Below are positions 31,932 through 41,577 of a stretch of 64,000 bases of DNA, piece by piece (positions within the stretch are counted from its first letter, which is position 1; every line of letters starts with the position of its first letter). Position numbers and translations under genes: made by a program. Source of the stretch: an uncultured Chloroflexia bacterium (GTDB taxonomy: Bacteria; Chloroflexota; Anaerolineae; JAAYZQ01); contig CAVOXA010000007.1 of the NCBI GenBank assembly GCA_963700285.1, positions 32,001 through 96,000 on the forward strand. Reading direction: 5' to 3'. The notes beneath the pieces are model-generated. The model was not told the DNA's origin. It made no database searches and saw only the letters and a list, made by a program, of their open reading frames with translations.

Positions 31932-32822
31932 ATGACAGCTCGAATTCTGGTTCCGCTGGATGGTTCGGCTCTAGCCGAGCAGGCGCTCTCCTGCGCTGTG
32001 ACGTTGAGTAGGAGCCTGCTGGCGGATCTCGTGCTGTTCCGCGCCGTATCGGTTTCATCTGATACTCAGGAACTTCTGGACAAAGCAGGGCTGGACTCTG
32101 ACGTGCTGATGAGGCACCTCGAAACCGAAGCCGATGAGTACTTGCAGGCGACTGCCCATTTGCTGCTGCAAAAAACCGGTGCGAGGGCCGACCACATCGT
32201 CCAGCGTGGTCTCGCGGCGGATGCCATCGTCGACTATGTCGACGAGAAAGACTTCCACCTGATCGTCATGGCCTCCCATGGATACAGCGGGCTGGAATTG
32301 TGGACACACGGCAGCGTGGCCGAGCGAGTCATGCAAGCGGCCAGCGTGCCGGTACTCCTCGTGCGCGCTCAAGCGACGGCCCCGCACGATCTGAAGCCCA
32401 AGCCGTGCCGCGGCATCCTGGTGCCGCTGGATGGTTCGGCCCTGGCTGAGCAGGCTCTGCCCCAGGCTACGACGGTTGCTCGGGCCTTGGGCTGCGAGAT
32501 GACCCTCTTTCATGTGTCAGTTGCCTTTCTCTTTGAGTTTGCCTCTCAGGCTGCGGATAGAATGGCCGTGGCTTACCTGAACAAGGTTGCCAACCGCCTC
32601 AGAGAGCAGGATATTCGGGTGTCTGTGGCCATAGGCACGGGTCTGGTGGCGGAATCCATCCTTTCCTATGCCAACACCCACTCCGTAGACCTGATCGCCC
32701 TATGCACGCACGGCCGGACGGGGCTGGTACGTTGGACTCTGGGCAGTGTAGCCGACCGAGTCTTTCGCGCCGGCACCATTCCGATCCTCATGGTGCGCGC
32801 CAAGAAAACTAGACACAAGTGA
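31932..32822 (+). CDS. Tandem-domain universal stress protein
   Basis: Two ILVPLDGSALAEQAL...GSVAxRV units. Confidence 0.92.
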   Translation: MTARILVPLDGSALAEQALSCAVTLSRSLLADLVLFRAVSVSSDTQELLDKAGLDSDVLMRHLETEADEYLQATAHLLLQKTGARADHIVQRGLAADAIVDYVDEKDFHLIVMASHGYSGLELWTHGSVAERVMQAASVPVLLVRAQATAPHDLKPKPCRGILVPLDGSALAEQALPQATTVARALGCEMTLFHVSVAFLFEFASQAADRMAVAYLNKVANRLREQDIRVSVAIGTGLVAESILSYANTHSVDLIALCTHGRTGLVRWTLGSVADRVFRAGTIPILMVRAKKTRHK

Positions 32823-32843
32823 GCCAGTTGTTGTGTGCCTTCT

Positions 32844-32871
32844 GTCACAAGGCTGATACAGATTCGTCACA
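32844..32871 (+). promoter_or_regulatory. OmpR/PhoB-type triple direct repeat (PHO-box-like)
   Basis: GTCACA 32844, GATACA 32855, GTCACA 32866; 11-bp period. Confidence 0.65.
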
Positions 32872-32960
32872 AGGTCTGTGATCACAGACGTCCAACGTGG
32901 AGATTGCGCGCCAGATGAACCTTTCATCGAGCGGCGCCTGACCATCCAGGGCGAACTAGG

Positions 32961-33935
32961 GTGGAATTACGGTGGAGCCTGAAGAATAGCATGAAACTGC
33001 AGACAAAGCTTCGCCTGGGCCTGATCGCCCTCCTTGCCCTGCTCGCTGCCCCAATAGCCGCCATTGGCTGCAATTATCTGGGTAAGAGGGCTTCGGGCGA
33101 GGTCGTCATCCTGTCCCTCGGAGTCATCCTGGGAAGCGCAGCAGGTGTCCTCCTGATCTCCCGTTCTGTACTGCAAGCGATGCAGTGCAGACAGCACGAC
33201 CTGGAGGCTCTAAACAACGAACTGTGGGCCACTAACCGCAACTACATGGAGATGCTGGGTTTCGTGGCCCATGAACTCAAGAACCCACTGGCCTCAGCCG
33301 TGATCAGCCTCTACACCGTCAAGGACGGCTACCTGGGAGAGATCACGCCCGGACAGAAGAAAAGCCTGGAGTCGGTAGCTCGCAACCTGGAAGATTTCCA
33401 GGACATGATCCGCAACTACCTGGACCTGTCCCGTCTGGAGAAAGGGGAACTTGCCGTAGCCAAGACCTACTTTCCCCTGCAAACCCGCGTGATCCGGCCG
33501 GTACTGGAAGAGCTGGAAGGCGAACTGCAAAGGCGGCAGATGAGGGTAGAGAATCACATTCCAGAGGGCAGGGTGGTGTATGCCGACGCCAGCCTGCTCA
33601 AGATCGTCTACTGTAATCTGTTGTCAAACGCTGTCAAGTATGGCCTGGAAGCGGGGACAATCCTGCTCGAGTCGCAAGACGGTGACAGCACCCTGATGTT
33701 CAGCGTGCGGAACGACAGTGCCGGTATTCCACAGGACCAGATCCCGCTGCTCTTCCGAAAGTTCAGCCGGTTGTTCAATCCCGAATACGAAGGCAAGCGG
33801 GGCACCGGCCTGGGCTTGTACATTTGCCGGGACATCGTGGAAAAGCATGGAGGCACGATTTGGGTAGATTCTCAGATGGGACAGTGGGTGCAATTCAGTT
33901 TCACCCTGCCAAAGCAGGACGAGGCACAAACGTGA
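32961..33935 (+). CDS. Membrane sensor histidine kinase
   Basis: Two TM helices; AHELKNPL H-box; NLLSNAVKY; GTGLGL; start may be 32991. Confidence 0.9.
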   Translation: MELRWSLKNSMKLQTKLRLGLIALLALLAAPIAAIGCNYLGKRASGEVVILSLGVILGSAAGVLLISRSVLQAMQCRQHDLEALNNELWATNRNYMEMLGFVAHELKNPLASAVISLYTVKDGYLGEITPGQKKSLESVARNLEDFQDMIRNYLDLSRLEKGELAVAKTYFPLQTRVIRPVLEELEGELQRRQMRVENHIPEGRVVYADASLLKIVYCNLLSNAVKYGLEAGTILLESQDGDSTLMFSVRNDSAGIPQDQIPLLFRKFSRLFNPEYEGKRGTGLGLYICRDIVEKHGGTIWVDSQMGQWVQFSFTLPKQDEAQT

Positions 33936-33948
33936 GAGAGGTGGATCG

Positions 33949-34743
33949 ATGAGCGAAAAGAGACAGATTCTGGTAATTGACGACGACGCCCAGTTGGTGG
34001 CTGGGGTCAAGACTCTGTTGGAAAGTGTCGGCTACCAGGTCTACTGCGCCTACCGGCCCAAAGATGGGTTGGCGCTGGCCAGGGAGACGCGGCCGGATCT
34101 GATCGTCATGGACATCCTGTTCGCGGGACCGCCGGGGCCAGACGGTGTGGCAGTCTCGCGGCAGCTTGCCCAGGACCCCGAGCTGAAAGATACGCCGGTG
34201 ATCATCCTGTCTGGGGTGAAGAAGGTGCTGGACATGCCGGTAAAGCTCGGCCCGGATGAGACCTACATGCCGGTGCAAGCGTTTGTGGAAAAGCCCTTCA
34301 AGCCAGAGGAGTTGCTGTCAAAGATCCAGCAAGTGCTGGCCCTTCGAGAATCGGTGAAGGAGGAAGGAAAGGGAAGAATCCTGGTTGTCGACGACGATCC
34401 GGACTTTCTGGCGATCACCACCCGCATTCTGACTGCCGCCGGCTACGAACCTGTGACCGCGGCCAACGGAGCGCAAGCTATGGCTGCCATGCGGCGGCGA
34501 AAGCCGGACCTGGTGTTGCTGGATATCATGATGAGCACCGTGCTGGATGGGCTGGGTGTCAGCGAGGACATGCAAGCCGATGAAGAACTGAAGGATCTAC
34601 CTGTCATCATGGTGTCCTCTATCGCGGAAACAGAGTATGCCGCGGTCTTTCCCACGGATGGCTATGTCCACATGGATGCCTGGATCTCGAAACCGGTCCG
34701 GCCCGATGAACTGCTGCAAAAGATCAGCAGATGTCTGGGATAG
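33949..34743 (+). CDS. Response regulator with two receiver domains and no output domain
   Basis: ILVIDDD..PDLIVMD..KPF and ILVVDDD..PDLVLLDIMM..KPV. Confidence 0.9.
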   Translation: MSEKRQILVIDDDAQLVAGVKTLLESVGYQVYCAYRPKDGLALARETRPDLIVMDILFAGPPGPDGVAVSRQLAQDPELKDTPVIILSGVKKVLDMPVKLGPDETYMPVQAFVEKPFKPEELLSKIQQVLALRESVKEEGKGRILVVDDDPDFLAITTRILTAAGYEPVTAANGAQAMAAMRRRKPDLVLLDIMMSTVLDGLGVSEDMQADEELKDLPVIMVSSIAETEYAAVFPTDGYVHMDAWISKPVRPDELLQKISRCLG

Positions 34744-34791
34744 TTGTGGGCCAGAGGGAAACATATTCACTGCGGCTGGGAGGCGATGACG

Positions 34792-35367
34792 ATGAACCAT
34801 GACCGAGTTGATCTGACCGGGCCGGCACTCGAGCGCGACTTTGTGGCTACGCTGAGCCCGGCAGGGGAGACCCTACGTACATGCATGCAGTGTGGCTCGT
34901 GCACGGCCACCTGCGCCAGCGCCTACGCCATGGACTATACGCCCAGACAGATCTGGCACATGGCCCGGCTGGGCATGAAAGACGAGGTGCTCAACAGCAA
35001 GACGTTGTGGCTGTGCAGCACCTGCTACTCCTGTACGCTGCGCTGTCCCCGCGATCTGCCTCTGACCGAGACCATCGGCACTCTGAAGCGAATGGCGGAG
35101 CGGGAGGGCATCCGGGGCTATAAGGAGAGCCGCTACTTCTACCGGGCCTTCATGGAAACGGTGCGGCGCTACGGGCGCACCAACGAAGTGGAGATCATGG
35201 TCCGCTACTTTCTGACCACGAACCCGTTTCTGGCCGTCGAGTACGTGCCATTGGCGCTGGCCATGCTCCGTCACAGCAAGGTGCCCCTCAGCCTGCCCAA
35301 GGTCGCCGGCCCGGGCAAGCTGGACCGGCTGTTCGCCCGGGTCGAGGAATTGGAGGGTGAGCGATGA
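34792..35367 (+). CDS. hdrC: Heterodisulfide reductase subunit C
   Basis: CMQCGSCTATC and LWLCSTCYSCTLRCPR; precedes hdrB. Confidence 0.9.
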   Translation: MNHDRVDLTGPALERDFVATLSPAGETLRTCMQCGSCTATCASAYAMDYTPRQIWHMARLGMKDEVLNSKTLWLCSTCYSCTLRCPRDLPLTETIGTLKRMAEREGIRGYKESRYFYRAFMETVRRYGRTNEVEIMVRYFLTTNPFLAVEYVPLALAMLRHSKVPLSLPKVAGPGKLDRLFARVEELEGER

Positions 35368-36224
35368 AGGAATACGCCTACTTTCCCGGCTGCTCCCTGG
35401 AGAGCACGGCCAAGGAGTATGACCTCTCCGCCCGGCTGGTGATGCGCGAGCTGGGAGTGGAGCTGTTAGAACTTGAGGATTGGAACTGCTGTGGAGCCAG
35501 CGCCGCCGAGATCAGGAGCCACCTGCTCGCCTTGGTGCTGCCTGCTCGCAACCTGGCTCTGGCCGAACAGATGAACGGCAACGGTCAGCTTGTAGCCAGT
35601 TGCAGCGCCTGCTATGTCAATTTGCGCAAGGTGGAGGAGACGGCCAGGGCGAACGCAGCCATGCTGGGCACCATCAACCAGGCGCTGGAGGTGGATGGTC
35701 TGACCTACGCCGGCAGGATGCATGTGCGTCACCTGCTGGACGTCATCGCCAACGATGTAGGCCCGGAGGCCATCGCCGCGCGGGTGAGGAGGCCGCTGCA
35801 GGGACTGCGCGCGGCGCCCTACTATGGCTGCCAGACGGTCCGTCCCTACAGCCCCTTCGACGTCCCCTATTTCCCCGAGACGATGGACAGGGTGCTGGCC
35901 GCCATGGGCGTGCAGGTTCACCCCAACCCCCTGAAAGCGGCTTGCTGTGGGGGCACCCTATCGACCACCAAACGCGAGGTAGGGCTCAAGCTGGTGAGTG
36001 ACCTGTTCCGCGCCGTGGAAGGGGCGGACTGTATTGTCACCGTCTGTCCCCTGTGCCAGATGAACCTGGAGTCGTACCAGGGGCAGGTGTCGAAACAGCT
36101 CGACCAGCCGCTAAACATGCCGGTCGTGTACCTGACCCAGCTCTTGGGGCTGGCCTTTGGCTTGCCGGAGCAGGAGTTGGGGCTAAAGCACAACATCGTG
36201 CCCCTCAAGCTGACGGAGGTTTGA
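35364..36224 (+). CDS. hdrB: Heterodisulfide reductase subunit B
   Basis: YFPGCSL, DWNCCG, CSAC, PYYGCQ, CCGG, CPLCQMNL (two CCG domains). Confidence 0.93.
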   Translation: MKEYAYFPGCSLESTAKEYDLSARLVMRELGVELLELEDWNCCGASAAEIRSHLLALVLPARNLALAEQMNGNGQLVASCSACYVNLRKVEETARANAAMLGTINQALEVDGLTYAGRMHVRHLLDVIANDVGPEAIAARVRRPLQGLRAAPYYGCQTVRPYSPFDVPYFPETMDRVLAAMGVQVHPNPLKAACCGGTLSTTKREVGLKLVSDLFRAVEGADCIVTVCPLCQMNLESYQGQVSKQLDQPLNMPVVYLTQLLGLAFGLPEQELGLKHNIVPLKLTEV

Positions 36225-36226
36225 GC

Positions 36227-37072
36227 ATGGATGACATCAAGATCGGAGTCTACATCTGCCAGTGTGGAGTGAATATCGCCAGCGTGGTGGACGTGGCCGA
36301 CGTGGCCCGCTTTGCCAGTGGGTTGCCCCACGTGGCGGTTGCCCGAGACAGCAAATACACCTGTGCCGAGCCAGGACAAAAGATGATCAGACAGGACATC
36401 CAGGAGTTGGGCATCAACCGCGTGGTCGTGGCCTCGTGCACACCGCGGATGCACGAACTCACGTTTCAGGGTGTGCTGGAGGAAGCGGGTCTGAACCCCT
36501 ACTTCTTTGAGATGGCCAACATTCGCGAGCACGTTGCCTGGATCAGCAAGGACACAGCCAAGGCCACGGCCAAGGCCAAGCGCCTGGTCAGTGCCGCAGT
36601 GGCCCGCGTGGCTCTGCAGCAGCCGCTCCAGGCCCGGCGCGTGCCGGTCGCCGACAAAACGCTGGTGGTCGGGGGCGGCATTGCCGGCATTCAGGCCGCG
36701 CTGACCATCGCCAACGCTGGCTACCACGTCTACTTGGTGGAGCGAGAGCCGGCCATCGGCGGCTACATGGCCCAACTGGACAAAACCTTCCCCACCCTGG
36801 ACTGTGCCACCTGAATTCTGGGCCCCAAGATGATGGATGCCGGTCGGCATCCCAACATTGAGCTCTTGACCTGGAGTGAGGTGGAGGAGGTTTCCGGCTA
36901 CGTGGGCAATTTCAAGGTGCGGGTCCGCAAGAAGGCCCGCTACGTGGACGAGAGCAAGTGCACCGGCTGCGGCGTGTGCTGGACCGAGTGCCTGACGCGG
37001 CGCATCCCGCAGTTCAAGCAGATTGAGAAAGGTGCGTTGCGCTTTGGGGAGAGGAGGCCAGGCGAGCGATGA
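36227..37072 (+). CDS. hdrA: HdrA N-terminal half, probable selenoprotein (in-frame TGA 36812-36814)
   Basis: IGVYICQCG, VVASCTPR, MANIREH, VVGGGIAG, QLDKTFPTLDCAT*ILGPKM; frame continues to GNFKVRVRKKARYVD..CTGCGVC; SECIS-like hairpin downstream of the TGA. Confidence 0.9.
36835..36852 (+). promoter_or_regulatory. Bacterial SECIS-like hairpin
   Basis: ggatgcc-ggtc-ggcatcc, G-containing apical loop starting 28 nt after the UGA. Confidence 0.75.
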
Positions 37073-37548
37073 ACGCGCAGCGTGTGGACGAGATCATCGA
37101 CAACTATGAGGCCGACCGGACCTGTACCCTGGCCATCCTGCAGGACGTGCAAGCTGAATACAAGTACCTGCCCCGCGAGGCTATCATCCAGACGGCCAAC
37201 CGGCTGGGCGTCACGCTGGGCGAGGTCTACCAGATGGCGACCTTCTTCCGGGCCTTTAGCCTGGAGCCCAAGGGCGACTATACCATCAGGGTGTGCATGG
37301 GCACAGCTTGCCACGTACGCGGCGCGGTCCAGATCCTGGAGCAGTTCGAGCGCGATCTGGGCATCAGGGCTGGCGAGACGTCACGCGACCGCAGGTTCTC
37401 TCTGGAAGTGGTCATGTGCTTGGGCGCCTGCGCCCTCGGCCCGGTGGTGGTCGTCAACGAGGAAACGCACGGCGAGATGTCGCCCGACAAGGCGCACGCG
37501 CTCGTGGCCGAGTTGACGGATGGGGGCGACGGGAGGGAAGGGTCATGA
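37069..37548 (+). CDS. NuoE/HydC-like [2Fe-2S] subunit
   Basis: [33 protein letters not shown]. Confidence 0.92.
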   Translation: MNAQRVDEIIDNYEADRTCTLAILQDVQAEYKYLPREAIIQTANRLGVTLGEVYQMATFFRAFSLEPKGDYTIRVCMGTACHVRGAVQILEQFERDLGIRAGETSRDRRFSLEVVMCLGACALGPVVVVNEETHGEMSPDKAHALVAELTDGGDGREGS

Positions 37549-39326
37549 GCGAAACAAGGACCATAACTGTCTGTCAGGGGACCGGTTGCGAGTCGCACCG
37601 CTCCGGGCAGCTGCGGATGATGCTGGAGGCGGAGGTGGCCCGGTTGGATCTGCCGTGCCAGGTTAAACGTACTGGCTGTCATGGCTTGTGCGAGCGTGGC
37701 CCCATCGTCACGGTGGAGCCAGATGGCATCCTCTACCTCAAAGTGCAGCCCAAGGATGTGCCCGACATCGCCAAGTCGCTGGAGAACGGCGACCTGGTGA
37801 AACGGCTGCTGTACCGCGACCCGGTGACCAAAAAGCCGGTGCCCTACTACAAGGACGTGGACTTTTACAGCAAGCAGACGCGGCTGGTGCTGCGCCACAA
37901 CGGGCATATCGACCCTGAGTCGATCGATGATTATGTGGCTGTGGGCGGCTACCAGGCGCTGCGCAAGGCCCTGCAGGAGATGACGCCACAGCAGGTCGTC
38001 GCCGAGGTCAGGGATTCCGGCCTCAGGGGGCGGGGCGGGGCCGGGTTCGTCACCGGACTGAAGTGGGAGTTCACCCGCAAGGCCCCCGGCGAGATCAAGT
38101 ACATCATCGCCAACGGCGACGAGGGCGACCCCGGCGCTTTCATGGATCGCAGCATCATGGAGGGAAACCCCCACAGTGTCATCGAGGGGATGCTCATCGG
38201 CGCCTACGCGGTGGGTGCTCAGGAAGGTTATATCTATGTCCGCAACGAGTACCCGATGGCTGTCCAACGCCTGCGCCTGGCCATCGAGAAGGCGCAGGAG
38301 CGTGGCCTTCTGGGCGAAAACATCCTGGGCTCTGGTTTTGCCTTTTCCGTCAAAATCGTGCGCGGGGCAGGGGCCTTTGTCTGCGGCGAGTCGAGCGCGC
38401 TGATGGCCTCGGTGGAAGGCCGCGTCGGCGAGCCGCGCCCCAAGCACGTCCACGCCACCCACAAGGGCCTGTGGGACCAGCCCACGGCGTTGAACAACGT
38501 CGAGACCTGGGCCAACGTGCCGGCGATCATTGACCGCGGCTCCGACTGGTACGCGAGCTATGGCACCGCCCGCAGCAAGGGCACCAAGGTCTTTTCGCTG
38601 GTGGGTAAGATCAAAAACACCGGCCTCATCGAGGTGCCGATGGGCACGCCGCTGCGCGAGATCATCTATGACGTCGGCGGCGGCCTCCTCAAGGATCGGG
38701 CGTTCAAAGCGGTGCAAACCGGCGGGCCATCGGGCGGCTGCCTTCCGGCCGGCCTGCTGGATCTGCCGGTGGACTTTGAGCGGTTGGCCGACGCCGGTTC
38801 GATGATGGGTTCCGGCGGCATGATCGTCATGGACGAGCGCAATTGCATGGTCGATGTGGCCCGGTACTTTGTGGATTTTCTCAAGGAGGAGTCGTGCGGC
38901 AAGTGCACGGCCTGCCGCGAGGGCATCAAACAGATGCTCGAGATCCTGACCGCCATCACCAAGGGTGAGGGACAGGAAGGGGACGTCGAGCTGTTGGAGG
39001 AGTTGGGTGCGGTCGTGCAGCAGACCTCGCTGTGCGGACTGGGCAAGTCGGCGCCCAACCCGGTCCTGTCTACCATCCGCTACTTCCGGGATGAGTACGA
39101 TGCCCACATTCGCGAGCAGCGGTGCCCGGCCGGTGTCTGCCGGGCGCTGATCACCTTTGCCATCGACCCTGACCTGTGCAAGGGCTGCACGATCTGCGCC
39201 CAGAAGTGCCCGCAGGAAGCGATCTCCGGCGAGCTAAAGCAGATCCACGTTATCGACGATGCCAAGTGCATCCGCTGTGGAGTCTGCCGCGAAGTCTGCC
39301 CGTCGGATGCGGTGCTGGTGCACTGA
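37545..39326 (+). CDS. NuoF/HydB-like FMN/NADH-binding subunit with N-terminal [2Fe-2S] and C-terminal 2x[4Fe-4S]
   Basis: CQGTGC..GCHGLC; [10 protein letters not shown]; [13 protein letters not shown]; [12 protein letters not shown]; [12 protein letters not shown]; two CxxCxxCxxxCP. Confidence 0.93.
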   Translation: MSETRTITVCQGTGCESHRSGQLRMMLEAEVARLDLPCQVKRTGCHGLCERGPIVTVEPDGILYLKVQPKDVPDIAKSLENGDLVKRLLYRDPVTKKPVPYYKDVDFYSKQTRLVLRHNGHIDPESIDDYVAVGGYQALRKALQEMTPQQVVAEVRDSGLRGRGGAGFVTGLKWEFTRKAPGEIKYIIANGDEGDPGAFMDRSIMEGNPHSVIEGMLIGAYAVGAQEGYIYVRNEYPMAVQRLRLAIEKAQERGLLGENILGSGFAFSVKIVRGAGAFVCGESSALMASVEGRVGEPRPKHVHATHKGLWDQPTALNNVETWANVPAIIDRGSDWYASYGTARSKGTKVFSLVGKIKNTGLIEVPMGTPLREIIYDVGGGLLKDRAFKAVQTGGPSGGCLPAGLLDLPVDFERLADAGSMMGSGGMIVMDERNCMVDVARYFVDFLKEESCGKCTACREGIKQMLEILTAITKGEGQEGDVELLEELGAVVQQTSLCGLGKSAPNPVLSTIRYFRDEYDAHIREQRCPAGVCRALITFAIDPDLCKGCTICAQKCPQEAISGELKQIHVIDDAKCIRCGVCREVCPSDAVLVH

Positions 39327-39341
39327 TGCGGAGGAAAGAAC

Positions 39342-41138
39342 ATGATCAACTTGACGATAGACGGCCAACCTTTCAAAGCTGACGAAGGGCAGACTATCCT
39401 GGAGGTCGCCCGGCGGGCAGGCGTCAAGATCCCGACGCTGTGCTACCATCCCGCCCTGGAGCCCTATGGCGCCTGCCGCCTGTGCACGGTCGAGATCCGC
39501 TGGGGCCGGCGCTCATCGTTGGAAACGGCCTGTACCTATCCCGTGCGCGAGGGGATTGAGGTGCTGACCAAGTCCGAGGCCGTACGGGCGACAAGGCGCA
39601 TGATCCTGGAGCTGATGCTAGCCCGCTGTCCCAATGTGCCGGTGATCCAGGACCTGGCCCGCGAGTATGGCATCGAGAAATCCCGCTTCAAGACCGAGGA
39701 CCCGGACGAGGACTGCATCCTGTGCGGCCTGTGCGTGCGGGTCTGCAACGAGCTGGTGGGTGCAGGGGCCATCAACTTTTCGGAGCGAGGCATCAGCCGC
39801 GTCATTGGCCCGCCATTCCTGGAGACGAGCGACGCCTGCATCGGCTGTGGGGCGTGCGCCCTGGTCTGTCCGACCGGCGCAATCCGCATCCTGGACGAGG
39901 CGGCAGCCATCTACGAGGCGCTGCCGCTGGGGCCAACCTCGGCCATCCACGTGCCATCGCTGCAGGCGGTACCACGGGTGCCGGTCATCGACACCGATGC
40001 CTGCATCCACTTCCGCACGAGGGATCTGGGTATGGTCGATGGCTGTGGGGTGTGCCAGACGCTCTGCGAGGTGGAGGCCATCAATTTTGACGTGGAAGAC
40101 GAGTTCCTGGATCTGGAGGTGGGCGCCATCATTCTGGCCACCGGCTTTGCTAACTTTGATCCCGGCAAACTCGACCAGTATGCCTACGGTCGCTCGCCCA
40201 ATGTCATCAGCGGCATCGAGTTTGAGCGGATGTCCAACTCGGCCGGGCCGACGGGCGGCGAGATCCTGACCGCCGACGGCAAGCGGCCGGAGCGGGTGGC
40301 CATCATCCACTGCGTGGGCAGCCGCGACAAGGCCGGCGCGGCCGCCGGAAACAGCAACGAGTACTGCTCGCGTGTATGCTGTATGTACGCCTTGAAACAG
40401 GCCCACCTGGTGCGTGACAAGACCGACGCCGAGGTATTCGAGTTCTACATGGACATGCGTACTTTTGGCAAGGGCTACGAAGAGTTCTACGAGCGCATCC
40501 AGGAGGAGGGCGTGATCTTTGTTCGAGGCCGGGGCACGGAGGTCATGGTCGAGAAGGATGGCCGGCTGACCGTCAAAGCCGAGGACACCAACCTGGGGCA
40601 GCCTGTATCGGCCACTGTGGACATGGTCATCCTGGGTGCGGGCATCGTACCCCAGGCCGATACCGCCGACGTGGCCCAGACCTTTGGCATCAGCCGCAGC
40701 CCCGATGGCTTTTTCATGGAGGCCCACCCCAAGCTGCGGCCCTTCCACACCAACACCGATGGTGTGTTCCTGGCCGGTGCTTGTCAGGCCCCGCGCGATA
40801 TACCCGACACGGTGGCTCACGCCAATGCCGCGGCCGCGGAGGCCCTGGCCCTGATGTCCGCTGGCGAGGTGACCATTGCCCCGACGACCGCCTGGGTCGA
40901 CGAGAACCTATGCTCAGGCTGCAAGACCTGCCTGGATCTGTGTCCCTACAAGGCCATTTCGTACATCTCTCGAAACGGTACCGGCGTGGCCGAGGTGAAT
41001 GAGGCACTGTGCAAGGGCTGTGGCACCTGTGCCGCTGCCTGCCCGGCTGGGGCTATCACTGCCCAGCACTTTACGGGTGCCCAGATCCTGGCCCAGATCG
41101 AGGGGCTGTTCCGGGTAGGACAAGGAGTGACGATATGA
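39342..41138 (+). CDS. Fusion: HydA/NuoG-like N-terminal Fe-S module + HdrA C-terminal half
   Basis: IPTLCYH..GACRLC..TAC; CILCGLCVRVC; CIGCGACALVCP; then QAVP, VGAIILATG, IHCVGSRD, YCSRVCCMY, EAHPKLRP, GACQAPRDI and C-terminal ferredoxin. Confidence 0.92.
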   Translation: MINLTIDGQPFKADEGQTILEVARRAGVKIPTLCYHPALEPYGACRLCTVEIRWGRRSSLETACTYPVREGIEVLTKSEAVRATRRMILELMLARCPNVPVIQDLAREYGIEKSRFKTEDPDEDCILCGLCVRVCNELVGAGAINFSERGISRVIGPPFLETSDACIGCGACALVCPTGAIRILDEAAAIYEALPLGPTSAIHVPSLQAVPRVPVIDTDACIHFRTRDLGMVDGCGVCQTLCEVEAINFDVEDEFLDLEVGAIILATGFANFDPGKLDQYAYGRSPNVISGIEFERMSNSAGPTGGEILTADGKRPERVAIIHCVGSRDKAGAAAGNSNEYCSRVCCMYALKQAHLVRDKTDAEVFEFYMDMRTFGKGYEEFYERIQEEGVIFVRGRGTEVMVEKDGRLTVKAEDTNLGQPVSATVDMVILGAGIVPQADTADVAQTFGISRSPDGFFMEAHPKLRPFHTNTDGVFLAGACQAPRDIPDTVAHANAAAAEALALMSAGEVTIAPTTAWVDENLCSGCKTCLDLCPYKAISYISRNGTGVAEVNEALCKGCGTCAAACPAGAITAQHFTGAQILAQIEGLFRVGQGVTI

Positions 41139-41575
41139 TCGACAACGGCTTCGAACCAAGAATCGTCGGGTTCCTATGCAACTGGTGCACGTACGCGGCC
41201 TCCGATGGGGCGGGCGTAGCCCGCATGCAGCAGCCGCTGAACGTGGACATTATCCGGGTGATGTGCTCTGGCCGGATCGAGCCCGCTTTTATCCTGAAGG
41301 CCTTTGCCGAGGGGGCCGACGGCGTCATCGTCTCGGGCTGCCATCCGCCGGGCGACTGTCACTACACCGACGGCAACTACAAGACCTTCCGCCGCATGCC
41401 GCTGGTCGAGGCGTTGCTGGCGCAGTCTGGCATCGAGCCCGGCCGCTTTCACTGGGGCTGGATCTCGGGGGCGGAGGCGCCCAAGTGGGCCGGGCTGGTG
41501 CGTGATTTCACCGCGCAGGTGCGCGCCTTGGGGCCGCTGAATTGGCAGCACGAGCTGGCGAGCAAGGAGGACTAG
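41135..41575 (+). CDS. mvhD: MvhD/FlpD [2Fe-2S] subunit
   Basis: GFLCNWCTY, RVMCSGR, GCHPPGDCHY, WISGAE. Confidence 0.93.
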   Translation: MIDNGFEPRIVGFLCNWCTYAASDGAGVARMQQPLNVDIIRVMCSGRIEPAFILKAFAEGADGVIVSGCHPPGDCHYTDGNYKTFRRMPLVEALLAQSGIEPGRFHWGWISGAEAPKWAGLVRDFTAQVRALGPLNWQHELASKED

Positions 41576-41577
41576 CC

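Noticed and set aside
36812-36814. hdrA nonsense pseudogene
   Set aside because: The TGA sits at a conserved Cys position with a SECIS-like hairpin, and the operon is otherwise intact.
37069-39900. Respiratory complex I or [FeFe]-hydrogenase operon
   Set aside because: No membrane nuo genes and no H-cluster motifs; the NuoG-like part is fused to HdrA.
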